A DNA stretch of 64,000 nucleotides from Acidobacteriota bacterium (GTDB lineage Bacteria; Acidobacteriota; Blastocatellia; Pyrinomonadales; Pyrinomonadaceae), in the NCBI GenBank assembly GCA_040005135.1, contig JBDTZO010000124.1, positions 5,121 to 69,120 on the forward strand. Reading direction: 5' to 3'. Under the pieces are notes generated by a model that ran no database searches, had not been told where the DNA came from, and saw only the letters and a program-made list of their open reading frames with translations. The position numbers and the translations under genes were made by a program. Below, in pieces: positions 50,365 through 58,351 of this stretch (the stretch's first letter is position 1; every line of letters begins with the position of its first letter).

Positions 50365-51912
50365 ATGATGAAAAATTACCGACGCTGCGGTGCTGCCGCG
50401 ACCGTGACACTGTTCGTTGCCATTTTTATTTCGGCTGCCGCGGCGGCCAATGTTTTCGCCGCCGAGGCCGTGAGATTCACGGTCAGATTGGACCCTTCGG
50501 TCGCGGGCAGCGTGCCCGTGAGCGGCCGGCTGCTCATTTTTATGAAAAAAGACGATGGCAAGCCATCGGACGGATTTGGCGTTGACGATCTCAACCCGAA
50601 TGCCGTCTACGTTTCAGGTACCGAACTCACCGATCTTTCTTCGGATAAAGCGATCGAGATCAATGCAGACGAACTTTCGTTCCCGACAGCGTTTTCGGCC
50701 GCACCAGCGGGTAATTATCTGGTATTCGCCCTGCTCGACCGCGATCATTCGTACACGTACAACGGGCCTGGCACCGGCGATATTTACAGCCCAGTTGTAA
50801 AGGTCACCATGCCATCCACAGAGGCTGCAATTACTCTTAACAAAGCGGTTCCTGAACGCAAAATTACCGTGCCGGCAAATGCACGTCTCATCGAATTCGA
50901 AAGCCCCTTGCTATCGGCATTTTGGGGCCGCCCGATCATGATGAAAGCCAGCGTCATCCTGCCGCCGAGCTACGATACGGCAAGATCGCAAAAGTATCCG
51001 ACCGTCTACGACGTCAGCGGTTACGGCGGCACGCGCCTCAACGCACTTCGAGGCGCGGCGGCCCGTGAAAAAGAGATGAAAGACGGAAAACGGCCCGAGA
51101 TGATCAACGTCTATCTCGAAGCTCAAGTCCCGATGGGCCACTCAGTCTTTGCCGATTCGGCGAATAACGGCCCGTGGGGCACTGCCCTCGTCAATGAATT
51201 TATTCCGTATCTCGAGAAACAGTTTCGAATGGATGCAAAGCCGTCAGGACGATTCCTGACCGGCCATTCATCAGGCGGCTGGACGACGATGTGGGTGATT
51301 GTCACACACCCCGATTTCTTTGGCGGAACGTGGTCGACATCGCCAGATCCGGTCGATTTTCGTAATTTCACCGGCCCCGACATTACTAAAATGCTTCCGC
51401 AAAACGCCTTTATGGACCCGAGCGGTAAGGAATACAACCTCGTTCGTGACGGCGGCAAAGAGCTGATGACCTTTCGCCAATATGCTCAGCAGGAGCGCGT
51501 TCTCGGATATTACGGCGGTCAGATGGCGTCATTCAACGCGGTCTTTTCGCCAAAAGGAGACGATGGTCAGCCGATGAAGCTTTTCGATTTCGACACCGGC
51601 CGGATCGACCCCGATGTGCAAAAGGCGTGGCAGAAATACAATATTTCCAAGCTACTGACTGAAAATTGGAAAACGCTCGGGCCTAAGCTCAAAGGAAAGA
51701 TCCATATCTTCGTCGGCACCGCAGACACTTTTCATCTCAACGAATCGGTCAAGCTTCTCGATGACGAGCTCAAAAAGCTCGGCAGCGACGCCCGCATCGA
51801 ATACATCGAGGGCCGCACCCATTTCAACCTCTACGAAGGCGGCCTCGCCGAACGTATAGCAAGCGAAATGTACGCCGTCGCCAGGCCTAAAGCGAAGGTC
51901 AAAAGTAACTAA
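50365..51912 (+). CDS. Secreted esterase-family alpha/beta hydrolase
   Basis: The start is set at MMKNYRR (GGAG 8 nt upstream) ahead of the signal peptide. Nucleophile elbow: LTGHSSGGW. The track's upstream extension overlaps the PMM/PGM gene. Confidence 0.75.
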   Translation: MMKNYRRCGAAATVTLFVAIFISAAAAANVFAAEAVRFTVRLDPSVAGSVPVSGRLLIFMKKDDGKPSDGFGVDDLNPNAVYVSGTELTDLSSDKAIEINADELSFPTAFSAAPAGNYLVFALLDRDHSYTYNGPGTGDIYSPVVKVTMPSTEAAITLNKAVPERKITVPANARLIEFESPLLSAFWGRPIMMKASVILPPSYDTARSQKYPTVYDVSGYGGTRLNALRGAAAREKEMKDGKRPEMINVYLEAQVPMGHSVFADSANNGPWGTALVNEFIPYLEKQFRMDAKPSGRFLTGHSSGGWTTMWVIVTHPDFFGGTWSTSPDPVDFRNFTGPDITKMLPQNAFMDPSGKEYNLVRDGGKELMTFRQYAQQERVLGYYGGQMASFNAVFSPKGDDGQPMKLFDFDTGRIDPDVQKAWQKYNISKLLTENWKTLGPKLKGKIHIFVGTADTFHLNESVKLLDDELKKLGSDARIEYIEGRTHFNLYEGGLAERIASEMYAVARPKAKVKSN

Positions 51913-52306
51913 TGGAGAAGGCGGTCGCGATAAATGTGACGCTCAGGTAAACCCAGAATATTGAAAATACTATGTGGATAGCTGTTTCAAAAGGCTTGCC
52001 TTTCCACAGCAGGGAAGAATAGCCAAAGAACTGAATATACAATCTGGTAAGCCAAAATATGCTGAGTCCTAATGCGATCCGCCGTCCAAGTGTTGTGCTA
52101 ACAAGATCGCCGGCAGACGTGACGCAGAGTAGTCCGATCAAAAACACGGTCAACGCGACGAATAGCGTATGCACATACATGATCTGACGGCTTAGGAGAC
52201 TCAGGGAAACCAGTTCTTTTTTCCAGCCAAACCGTCTGGGAAAAAATGCGTGAAGCAGCGCCAGACCGATTTGTAAAAGCCCGGCGATCTTAAGATTTAA
52301 TTCCAT
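51899..52306 (-). CDS. Hypothetical four-TM membrane protein
   Basis: Hydrophobic profile only. It overlaps the upstream gene by 17 nt. Low-GC codon usage. Confidence 0.5.
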   Translation of the reverse strand: MELNLKIAGLLQIGLALLHAFFPRRFGWKKELVSLSLLSRQIMYVHTLFVALTVFLIGLLCVTSAGDLVSTTLGRRIALGLSIFWLTRLYIQFFGYSSLLWKGKPFETAIHIVFSIFWVYLSVTFIATAFSISYF

Positions 52307-53045
52307 TTTTGTTTAAGAAAAACAGTGTAATAAATGGGGTTATCTTTTTTTCAGATTCGACAGTCAGTCTTGCCTGAGCAAACGTGCTTAGCCACACTGA
52401 TCTCGAGTGAAAATGAAGTGATCCCAGGTTATACGCGAGATAATTGGCAGTGTCGCGTAAATGCTCGACCACTACGACCTTTCCGTTCGCCGAAAGCACG
52501 CGATTGATATCGAGAAAGAAATTGCTCCTCTCGTGTGCGTCGCGGATCTCATGAGCGGATAAGATAACGAATATCCGATCTGCCGAACCATCTGCTTCCG
52601 GGATTTTGGCACTTGAAATATTTCGCGTACCGGGAAACGGAGGATATGCCTTTCTCGCTCTTTTTATCGACGCCTCGGTATGTCGTTCGGGATCGTAAAA
52701 ATCGAATGCTATCAACTCCGCGTCGTTGAATTTCGCGGCGAGCAGCCCGCTCGTTTCATCAAATCCAGCGTTGATGTTGAGTATTCGTTGGGGCAATTCG
52801 CGGCCTGAAGATTCTAACCAATTTAAATCGTAAAAGCCCGAAAGATCGTACACGTACCATGACACGATCAATGAAATGACCGTTAGTCCACCGACGAGGA
52901 TAAGCACAACAGCCGCCACCGCCGAGACGTTGCCGTTCGAGTAGGTTCGAACAACGAACATCGTTAAGGCTATTGCGAATGAAAGGAGGTAGAAAGGCCA
53001 ATTAAAATGCACAATGTTCCAGACACCTTGAAACGGCTTTCGCAT
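52290..53045 (-). CDS. Membrane-anchored SAM-methyltransferase-like protein
   Basis: Two N-terminal TM helices, then ILNINAGFDE...IFVILSAHEIRD...LSANGKVVVVEH (class I MTase-like). The start is set at MRKPFQG, 1 nt after the upstream stop. Confidence 0.6.
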   Translation of the reverse strand: MRKPFQGVWNIVHFNWPFYLLSFAIALTMFVVRTYSNGNVSAVAAVVLILVGGLTVISLIVSWYVYDLSGFYDLNWLESSGRELPQRILNINAGFDETSGLLAAKFNDAELIAFDFYDPERHTEASIKRARKAYPPFPGTRNISSAKIPEADGSADRIFVILSAHEIRDAHERSNFFLDINRVLSANGKVVVVEHLRDTANYLAYNLGSLHFHSRSVWLSTFAQARLTVESEKKITPFITLFFLNKNGIKS

Positions 53046-53046
53046 C

Positions 53047-53790
53047 TTATTTTGTACAGGGCTCGACCCTGCCTTTCTTCCAGTAATATGGTACGTTGCG
53101 GACCATGAATGCGTTAGCAAGTCTCACATCGGTCAGACGAAGTGTTTCAATAAACGTAAATTGGTGCTCGAGCACGTTTACCGGCAGCGGCGTCCAATTT
53201 TGCCTCACGCCCTCGACGATCAAGACCTGGTTTGATCCGGGTTCATGAGTGAATGTGAATGGCAGCGGCCCGGCAAATCGTCTGGCCTCTTTCCAGTCAG
53301 CGAATGGTGAACCGTCGGGCAGCGGAACGTCACTTCCGTTTGGATCCTCGTACAGAAGCTTTATTCCGGAAGCATTTGAATGAACGTCAGCGAACCCATC
53401 ATTCTCAGTCCGTGTGATGTCGGTGGTGGTGTATTTATAGTGTGTGAAAATATTGCCGAGAAACTCCATTTTCCGTTTATCGGTCGCTGACCCGAGAATA
53501 TACAGGCCTCGCGATCTTTTGCCGTTTGAGTCTGTGAATCTTACGAACACTCTATAACCGATCAGGAAAAAATCGCTGCCGAATATTCGCGGAAAACCAT
53601 TGGGTCTCAACTCCTTTGTATTGACCATGGCAACCGCTATAAAGCCCCAGCGGTCGTCGAACGTGTCGAGTTCCAGGCATTCCGGAATGAGCTTTGCGAC
53701 CTGCTCTTTCGGAACCGCGTAGGTGACAACGAGCGATCTCTCAAAGAATGCTTCGACCGCGAATGGATGATCTTTGAGAAACGAGAACAT
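53047..53790 (-). CDS. DUF2071-family protein (acetoacetate-decarboxylase-like fold)
   Basis: SLVVTYAVPKEQVAKLIPECLELDTFDDRWGFIAVAMV and FRVFVRF..GKRSRGLY blocks, which are typical of DUF2071. Confidence 0.7.
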   Translation of the reverse strand: MFSFLKDHPFAVEAFFERSLVVTYAVPKEQVAKLIPECLELDTFDDRWGFIAVAMVNTKELRPNGFPRIFGSDFFLIGYRVFVRFTDSNGKRSRGLYILGSATDKRKMEFLGNIFTHYKYTTTDITRTENDGFADVHSNASGIKLLYEDPNGSDVPLPDGSPFADWKEARRFAGPLPFTFTHEPGSNQVLIVEGVRQNWTPLPVNVLEHQFTFIETLRLTDVRLANAFMVRNVPYYWKKGRVEPCTK

Positions 53791-53803
53791 TTAAGTCACT
53801 CAA

Positions 53804-54163
53804 TTAATAAGCAAACTGCCTGTAATAGATCAGAATTATGAAGAGTAGGGCGATACAGGCATTTGCACGACCCCACAGAAGCAAGTCGCGGGCTAGGAAG
53901 TACTCGAGGATATTCATCGCGGCGATGATCACGATCTGCGTTACTGCACTAAATCGGCTCTGAATACCGCTGACAATCCAAAGGGTCATGCAGATCTCGG
54001 CAAATCCGATCGCTAAGGTGATAAGGCCAGCATGGGCTTCGCCCAGGATCCTCGCTACTATCGCTCGATGCCGCGGCACCGCACCCAATACTTTGCAGTA
54101 GAAACCGTTTACAAGCCACACTGCCGCGATAAAGAGATTCAAGGGATCGATCTGCAAAGTCAT
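53804..54163 (-). CDS. DoxX-like small membrane protein
   Basis: 119 aa with four TM segments, and LFIAAVWLVNGFYCKVLGAVPRHRAIVARILG. Confidence 0.6.
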   Translation of the reverse strand: MTLQIDPLNLFIAAVWLVNGFYCKVLGAVPRHRAIVARILGEAHAGLITLAIGFAEICMTLWIVSGIQSRFSAVTQIVIIAAMNILEYFLARDLLLWGRANACIALLFIILIYYRQFAY

Positions 54164-54220
54164 TCGTACCCCCAGATGTTAGAAATCGTATGTCCTCGTC
54201 GGATTGCCGGTTGCCGCAGC

Positions 54221-54835
54221 TTATGTTTCCTCGGTCTTGACCCGATATATCCGCCATGCGATGAAGGCTGCTATGATCCCGAGGACGAGGAGGATCGTTC
54301 CGGTCCGCCCGACCCATTCTACAAGCACCGGCAGGCTGTGGCCGAAAAAATGCCCGAGTGCAGTGATGACGACGGCCCAGATTATCGCCCCAGCCATGTT
54401 ATAGACGAGGAATATTCGCCATTTCATATGTGAGGCGCCGGCGAGCAATGCGGCGAAGACCCGCAGGCCGGTGATAAATCGTGCGACGAGGATCGTCTTA
54501 TTCCCATGGCTCTTGAAATAGTTCTCCATGTGCTCGAACCGCTTTGGGGTCAGCCACAGGTACTTGCCCACTTTCAAGATAAAGCCGCGTCCGAAATGAT
54601 GGCCTACCGCAAAGCCGATATTATCTCCGATCATAGCTCCGGCGGCCGCGATGAGCATCACGAGCCAGATATTAAAATTGCCCGTCGCCGAAAAATAACC
54701 CGCGACTAGCAAGATCGTTTCACCGGGCACCGGCAAACCAGCATTCTCGAGCATCACGCCAAAAAACACGGCCCAGTAGCCGTAGATCAGCATGTAATGC
54801 TCAATCAGCTCAAGCGAATTATGTAAAATGTCCAT
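54221..54835 (-). CDS. DedA-family membrane protein
   Basis: YGYWAVFFGVMLENAGLPVPGETILLVAGY and ILVARFITGLRVFAALLAG. Confidence 0.9.
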   Translation of the reverse strand: MDILHNSLELIEHYMLIYGYWAVFFGVMLENAGLPVPGETILLVAGYFSATGNFNIWLVMLIAAAGAMIGDNIGFAVGHHFGRGFILKVGKYLWLTPKRFEHMENYFKSHGNKTILVARFITGLRVFAALLAGASHMKWRIFLVYNMAGAIIWAVVITALGHFFGHSLPVLVEWVGRTGTILLVLGIIAAFIAWRIYRVKTEET

Positions 54836-54836
54836 T

Positions 54837-55005
54837 GCGGCGAATTGCGGCGAAAGGATAAAGGATAAAGGATAAAGGATAAAGGACGAAAGGCGAAGGG
54901 AGAATAGACCAGCCGCCAGATCGCCGAGTGTAAAAGCTCAAGTCGAACACGCGCCTCGCCCACTGGGGCGGCGTCTCCGGATCTTGGCCGCGTGTTGTTT
55001 TTGTT
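54837..55005 (+). ncRNA. Candidate small RNA with a GGA-rich single-stranded repeat and a 3-prime terminator (hypothetical)
   Basis: The 5-prime arm GCGGCGAATTGCGGCG (54837-52) can pair with CAGCCGCCAGATCGCCG (54910-26), enclosing the GGA heptads. A distal stem, AACACGCGCC (54946-55) with GGCCGCGTGTT (54986-96), is followed by GTTTTTGTT. No plus-strand gene lies upstream that would need this terminator. Confidence 0.25.
54849..54900. repeat. Heptanucleotide tandem repeat (GGATAAA x4, flanked by degenerate GGCGAAA/GGACGAA units)
   Basis: Read directly: GGCGAAA GGATAAA GGATAAA GGATAAA GGATAAA GGACGAA AGGCGAA GGG. It begins 14 nt from the dedA start codon. Confidence 0.9.
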
Positions 55006-55353
55006 GCACTATCCTGAATTGCGCGTAGAATAGCGACAACTTCAATTTACCTGCACGCGTTTGCACCGTTCCGCGTTCTTCCACTGACACATGAGGGATC
55101 GTTGCCCTCGTTTACTGATCGATCGATCATTCGGCCCGGCATGGAGTCCTTGTCGGTACCCGCCGGAGATTGTAGTTCAAAGATGACTTTTCGGCCTTGT
55201 CGTCGGTTCGATCAAAAATGAAGAAAGGTATTTACATCGTTCTTGCTTCAGCGTTGTTGGATTAACTGCATTTGCTAAGGCGGCCGCCCGCAGCCAGCTC
55301 GACCGGGTCAGCTAGTCGGCAAGGGCGGCGCAAATGAGAGGGATTCAAATATT

Positions 55354-55505
55354 ATGAAAAGTTGTTCTGAAAAGCCGCGCAAAAGTCGGACGATCGGGAA
55401 GACACCACGCTCTATAAAGTAGTCGTTAACCGTGAGGATCGATACGTCCTCTTGCCGGCCGACCCTGAAATTCCTCCCGGTTGGAACGACGTGGCAATTA
55501 AATGA
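55354..55505 (+). pseudogene. MbtH-like protein remnant (frameshifted near the start, C-terminally truncated)
   Basis: The frame open from 55371 to 55505 reads KAAQKSDDREDTTLYKVVVNREDRYVLLPADPEIPPGWNDVAIK*. This resembles MbtH NPFDDEDGTFLVLVN.E.Q.SLWP....IPAGW. That frame has no canonical start, and the nearby ATG at 55354 is in another frame. Confidence 0.4.
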
Positions 55506-55521
55506 TCAGGATAAAAAATTC

Positions 55522-56043
55522 ATGCTCAAAAGTTTACTGGCTCTCTCGTTCGTCTTGGTTTCTGCCCCTATGGCTCTGTCGCAAAGCAAGAGTGTCTACA
55601 CCTCACTCGCGGCTGACAAGTGCAAGACGGTTTCGCTTAACGCGGGGATGGCAGGTAATGCCACGACAAGATGCGATGGCGTTGGCGGATACAAACTGGA
55701 ATTTTACCTGGACGACGGCCGAAACTCCATCGGAGTCGTTCTACCGTCCGAAAAAACGGCCGGTCTCGACCTCTGGGATCACTTCAGCAATTTTTCCGAG
55801 CTTGGCGAAACGGCCGAATGGAGGATAAAAGGAAAGAAACCCGTGGCGTTGATCGTCAGGCTGAAAGTTTCCGACAAAGGCGATGAAGGGTCGCCGAGCT
55901 CCTACCTTATTGTTTCCAAGCTGAACCGCACGACCGCCTGTGTAACGGACATCGTGAAACCCGGAAAAGGCCAGAACGCCAAAGCCCAGGGCCTGGCGGA
56001 CAGAGCCCTGTCGCGGCCTTGTAAAAAAGCAGGACGGCACTAG
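55522..56043 (+). CDS. Hypothetical secreted four-Cys protein
   Basis: The start is set at MLKSLLALSFVLVSAPMALSQ (signal peptide). No family recognised. Confidence 0.55.
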   Translation: MLKSLLALSFVLVSAPMALSQSKSVYTSLAADKCKTVSLNAGMAGNATTRCDGVGGYKLEFYLDDGRNSIGVVLPSEKTAGLDLWDHFSNFSELGETAEWRIKGKKPVALIVRLKVSDKGDEGSPSSYLIVSKLNRTTACVTDIVKPGKGQNAKAQGLADRALSRPCKKAGRH

Positions 56044-56229
56044 CAACAATGAGACGGTTCATCATATGAAAAGCTGGTTACCTCAGCAACTGATCCGGAT
56101 CATTCCGGTCCGAGACTCCACGGATGCCATTGCAAGTTTTCTTCTCAACGGGCGTTCTCGTTCCTGAGCCGTCCACGTTCCACGGTGAATCAGGGACAGA
56201 TCAAATAACAGTTACTCGAAAAATAAAAT

Positions 56230-57300
56230 ATGAACAGATCATCTCGAACCGGCGTTAAAACCACTTTGGCAGCTATCGCCGCCGCATTCATTTGCACGGT
56301 GTTCACATTTACCGTAAACGCACAGTCGGACACAGGCCAACCCCTTACCGCAACCAAGCTGGAGGCCCTTGTACAAGAACTAAAAGGGGTCGTGGCGCGG
56401 GCCGCCCCGGAGGCGGGCGAGGCAGCTATGGTCGCCCGGAAATGGGATGCCCGACGTGATCTTACTGGCAAGACAAAGCTTGACGTGATCAACCTCCTTT
56501 TCCAGGATGTTAGGTCGTCTGTTAAAGATTCGGGGACTCAGTATCAGATCAGTTCCATCTTTGGGATGTACAAGATGATGCCGGATGACGCGATCGTAGC
56601 AGAAACGCCGAAGGCCAAATCCAATATCTCAAAACCCGCTGCGGTCAAAAAACTCGTTGAGCTGACCTACCGAAAGCATCCGTACGTCGGGATCGAAGAG
56701 ACGTTAAAGGCACTTCCCGGACCCAAACCCGACAAAGCCGCAGAGGATAAAGCCAGGACTGAGCGAATTGCCGGCTTTAATGAAGCACTGAAAATTAATG
56801 ATCAGTTAACCGCCGCTCAAAAATCGTTCGTCCGCCAGAATTACGACTTTGTCGAAAAACTGGTCGATTCAGTCACCGCAACCGCGATCAGTAAGAACTT
56901 CCCGACCGAGCAATGGATCAAAGAAGGTTTAGGGAAAAGCTACACAAGTAAATTCACTCCCACCGAACGCAACAGCTTGATCGTATATTTTCAGGGAAAG
57001 GCAGGTGAGCGAGTTTTGGAATACGTCAGGGTCATGGAAATGCGGGCGTTGATCGTCAATAACGGCGGAGCGACGACCGGATTCACAATAGCGGAAAAAG
57101 GGGAACACCGCAGATTTATCAACACGCCGCTCGGCAAAAGATTCATCGCCGCCTATTTACGAGAAGCGGTAGCGTATGAGGAAAGCAAAGAGAACGCGGT
57201 CAGAGCTGCCGATCCCGATGCCGACGGGTTTGCGATCTACAGGACGGAAAACCTGAACAAACTGTTCAATAAATTTGTCGCCGACAATTACAAGAAATAG
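56230..57300 (+). CDS. Hypothetical secreted protein
   Basis: Signal/anchor segment (LAAIAAAFICTVFTFTVNAQ) and a largely helical, Lys/Glu-rich body. No family recognised. Confidence 0.55.
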   Translation: MNRSSRTGVKTTLAAIAAAFICTVFTFTVNAQSDTGQPLTATKLEALVQELKGVVARAAPEAGEAAMVARKWDARRDLTGKTKLDVINLLFQDVRSSVKDSGTQYQISSIFGMYKMMPDDAIVAETPKAKSNISKPAAVKKLVELTYRKHPYVGIEETLKALPGPKPDKAAEDKARTERIAGFNEALKINDQLTAAQKSFVRQNYDFVEKLVDSVTATAISKNFPTEQWIKEGLGKSYTSKFTPTERNSLIVYFQGKAGERVLEYVRVMEMRALIVNNGGATTGFTIAEKGEHRRFINTPLGKRFIAAYLREAVAYEESKENAVRAADPDADGFAIYRTENLNKLFNKFVADNYKK

Positions 57301-57376
57301 TGGTTCGATTTTTTCCGAACCGCTTGTCCGAAACCAGCCATACGCTGGAAAATCAGTTACAGGGAGAAACTATCAA

Positions 57377-57805
57377 ATGAAAAAAGCAGTTTACTTTTCG
57401 CTCGCTCTCATTCTATTCGGGCTTGCATCGGCGGAGAATGCATTTGCCTGCAGTTGCGTCGCGAGCCCGGATCCCGCAGAAACGCAGATCCGGGCTGCAT
57501 TCAGCAACTCCGAAGCGATCTTTTCCGGCAAGGTAGTCGAGATCAAAGAGTCTCCGGCAGATCCTACCAGAATGATCGTCAGGATCAAGCTCGCACACTC
57601 GTGGAAAGGCTCGGCGAAACGCGAGATCTTTATTTCGACGGCGAAAGAAAGCTCGATGTGCGGCTACCTTTTTCAGGTCGGGCAAAAATATCTGGTTTAC
57701 GCCAACCAGAACAAGAACGATCTTTGGGTACAGAACTGTTCCCGCACGGCCGTCTTCAGCGACAAAGGCGATGCCAACTATCTGTCGAAATTAAAGCGCA
57801 GGTAA
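57377..57805 (+). CDS. Secreted TIMP/NTR-like protein (N-TIMP-like OB-fold, CxC N-terminus)
   Basis: The ATG at 57377 is preceded by GGGAG. The signal peptide ends AFA, followed by CSCVASPDP..AFSNSEAIFSGKVV...SSMCGYLFQVGQKYLVYA...WVQNCS. See the findings for the comparison with TIMP-1 and TIMP-2. Confidence 0.6.
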   Translation: MKKAVYFSLALILFGLASAENAFACSCVASPDPAETQIRAAFSNSEAIFSGKVVEIKESPADPTRMIVRIKLAHSWKGSAKREIFISTAKESSMCGYLFQVGQKYLVYANQNKNDLWVQNCSRTAVFSDKGDANYLSKLKRR

Positions 57806-57855
57806 GGATCGGCTTAGTTCTGTAAAAAAATATTTGGTCGCGAACAAGAAGCAAA

Positions 57856-58290
57856 ATGATTAAAACATTCAAAAAGACGAACAGCCGGACCGCCGCGGTC
57901 ATAACTTGGGTATTCGTGGTTTTAATGTTCGGTTTGACCGCTATGGCTCAGACCGAGCAGGAAAAAAGTGCCGAACTCCCCACGCGCATCCGCAGCGCGG
58001 CAACCGTAAGCGGTAACACTGGCGGTGAGTCGCACGACAGCTATGTCGTAACAGCACGTAAAGGCCAGACCCTCAAGGTCCAGATCTCATGGCAAACAGA
58101 AGACACTAATAAAGCTCAGTTCGTCGTCAGCAGATCGCCTGACTTTTTTGCCGGCGACCTGGTCGAGGGTGGCAGGGAAACGTACGATGGCAAGAACTGG
58201 GCGGGCAAGGTCGCCAAAACCGGCGATTATTACATCTACGTCACCGCTCACCCGCAAGCAAATTACAAGCTCAAAGTTACAGTTAAATAA
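57856..58290 (+). CDS. Hypothetical secreted beta-sandwich protein (pre-peptidase C-terminal domain-like, tentative)
   Basis: Signal/anchor segment, then DSYVVTARKGQTLKVQI...TGDYYIYVTAHPQANYKLKVTV, a PPC-like pattern. Confidence 0.5.
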   Translation: MIKTFKKTNSRTAAVITWVFVVLMFGLTAMAQTEQEKSAELPTRIRSAATVSGNTGGESHDSYVVTARKGQTLKVQISWQTEDTNKAQFVVSRSPDFFAGDLVEGGRETYDGKNWAGKVAKTGDYYIYVTAHPQANYKLKVTVK

Positions 58291-58351
58291 AAGATAGCGG
58301 ATAAACGAGAAACGGTTGTATAGGCGTGGCTTGCGGCGTTATATTGGGAGC

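Noticed and set aside
54849-54900. Heptamer and 24-bp (63103..63230) tandem repeats considered as CRISPR arrays.
   Set aside because: The units abut directly with no unique spacers, and they are far shorter than, or different from, CRISPR repeats. No cas genes are present.
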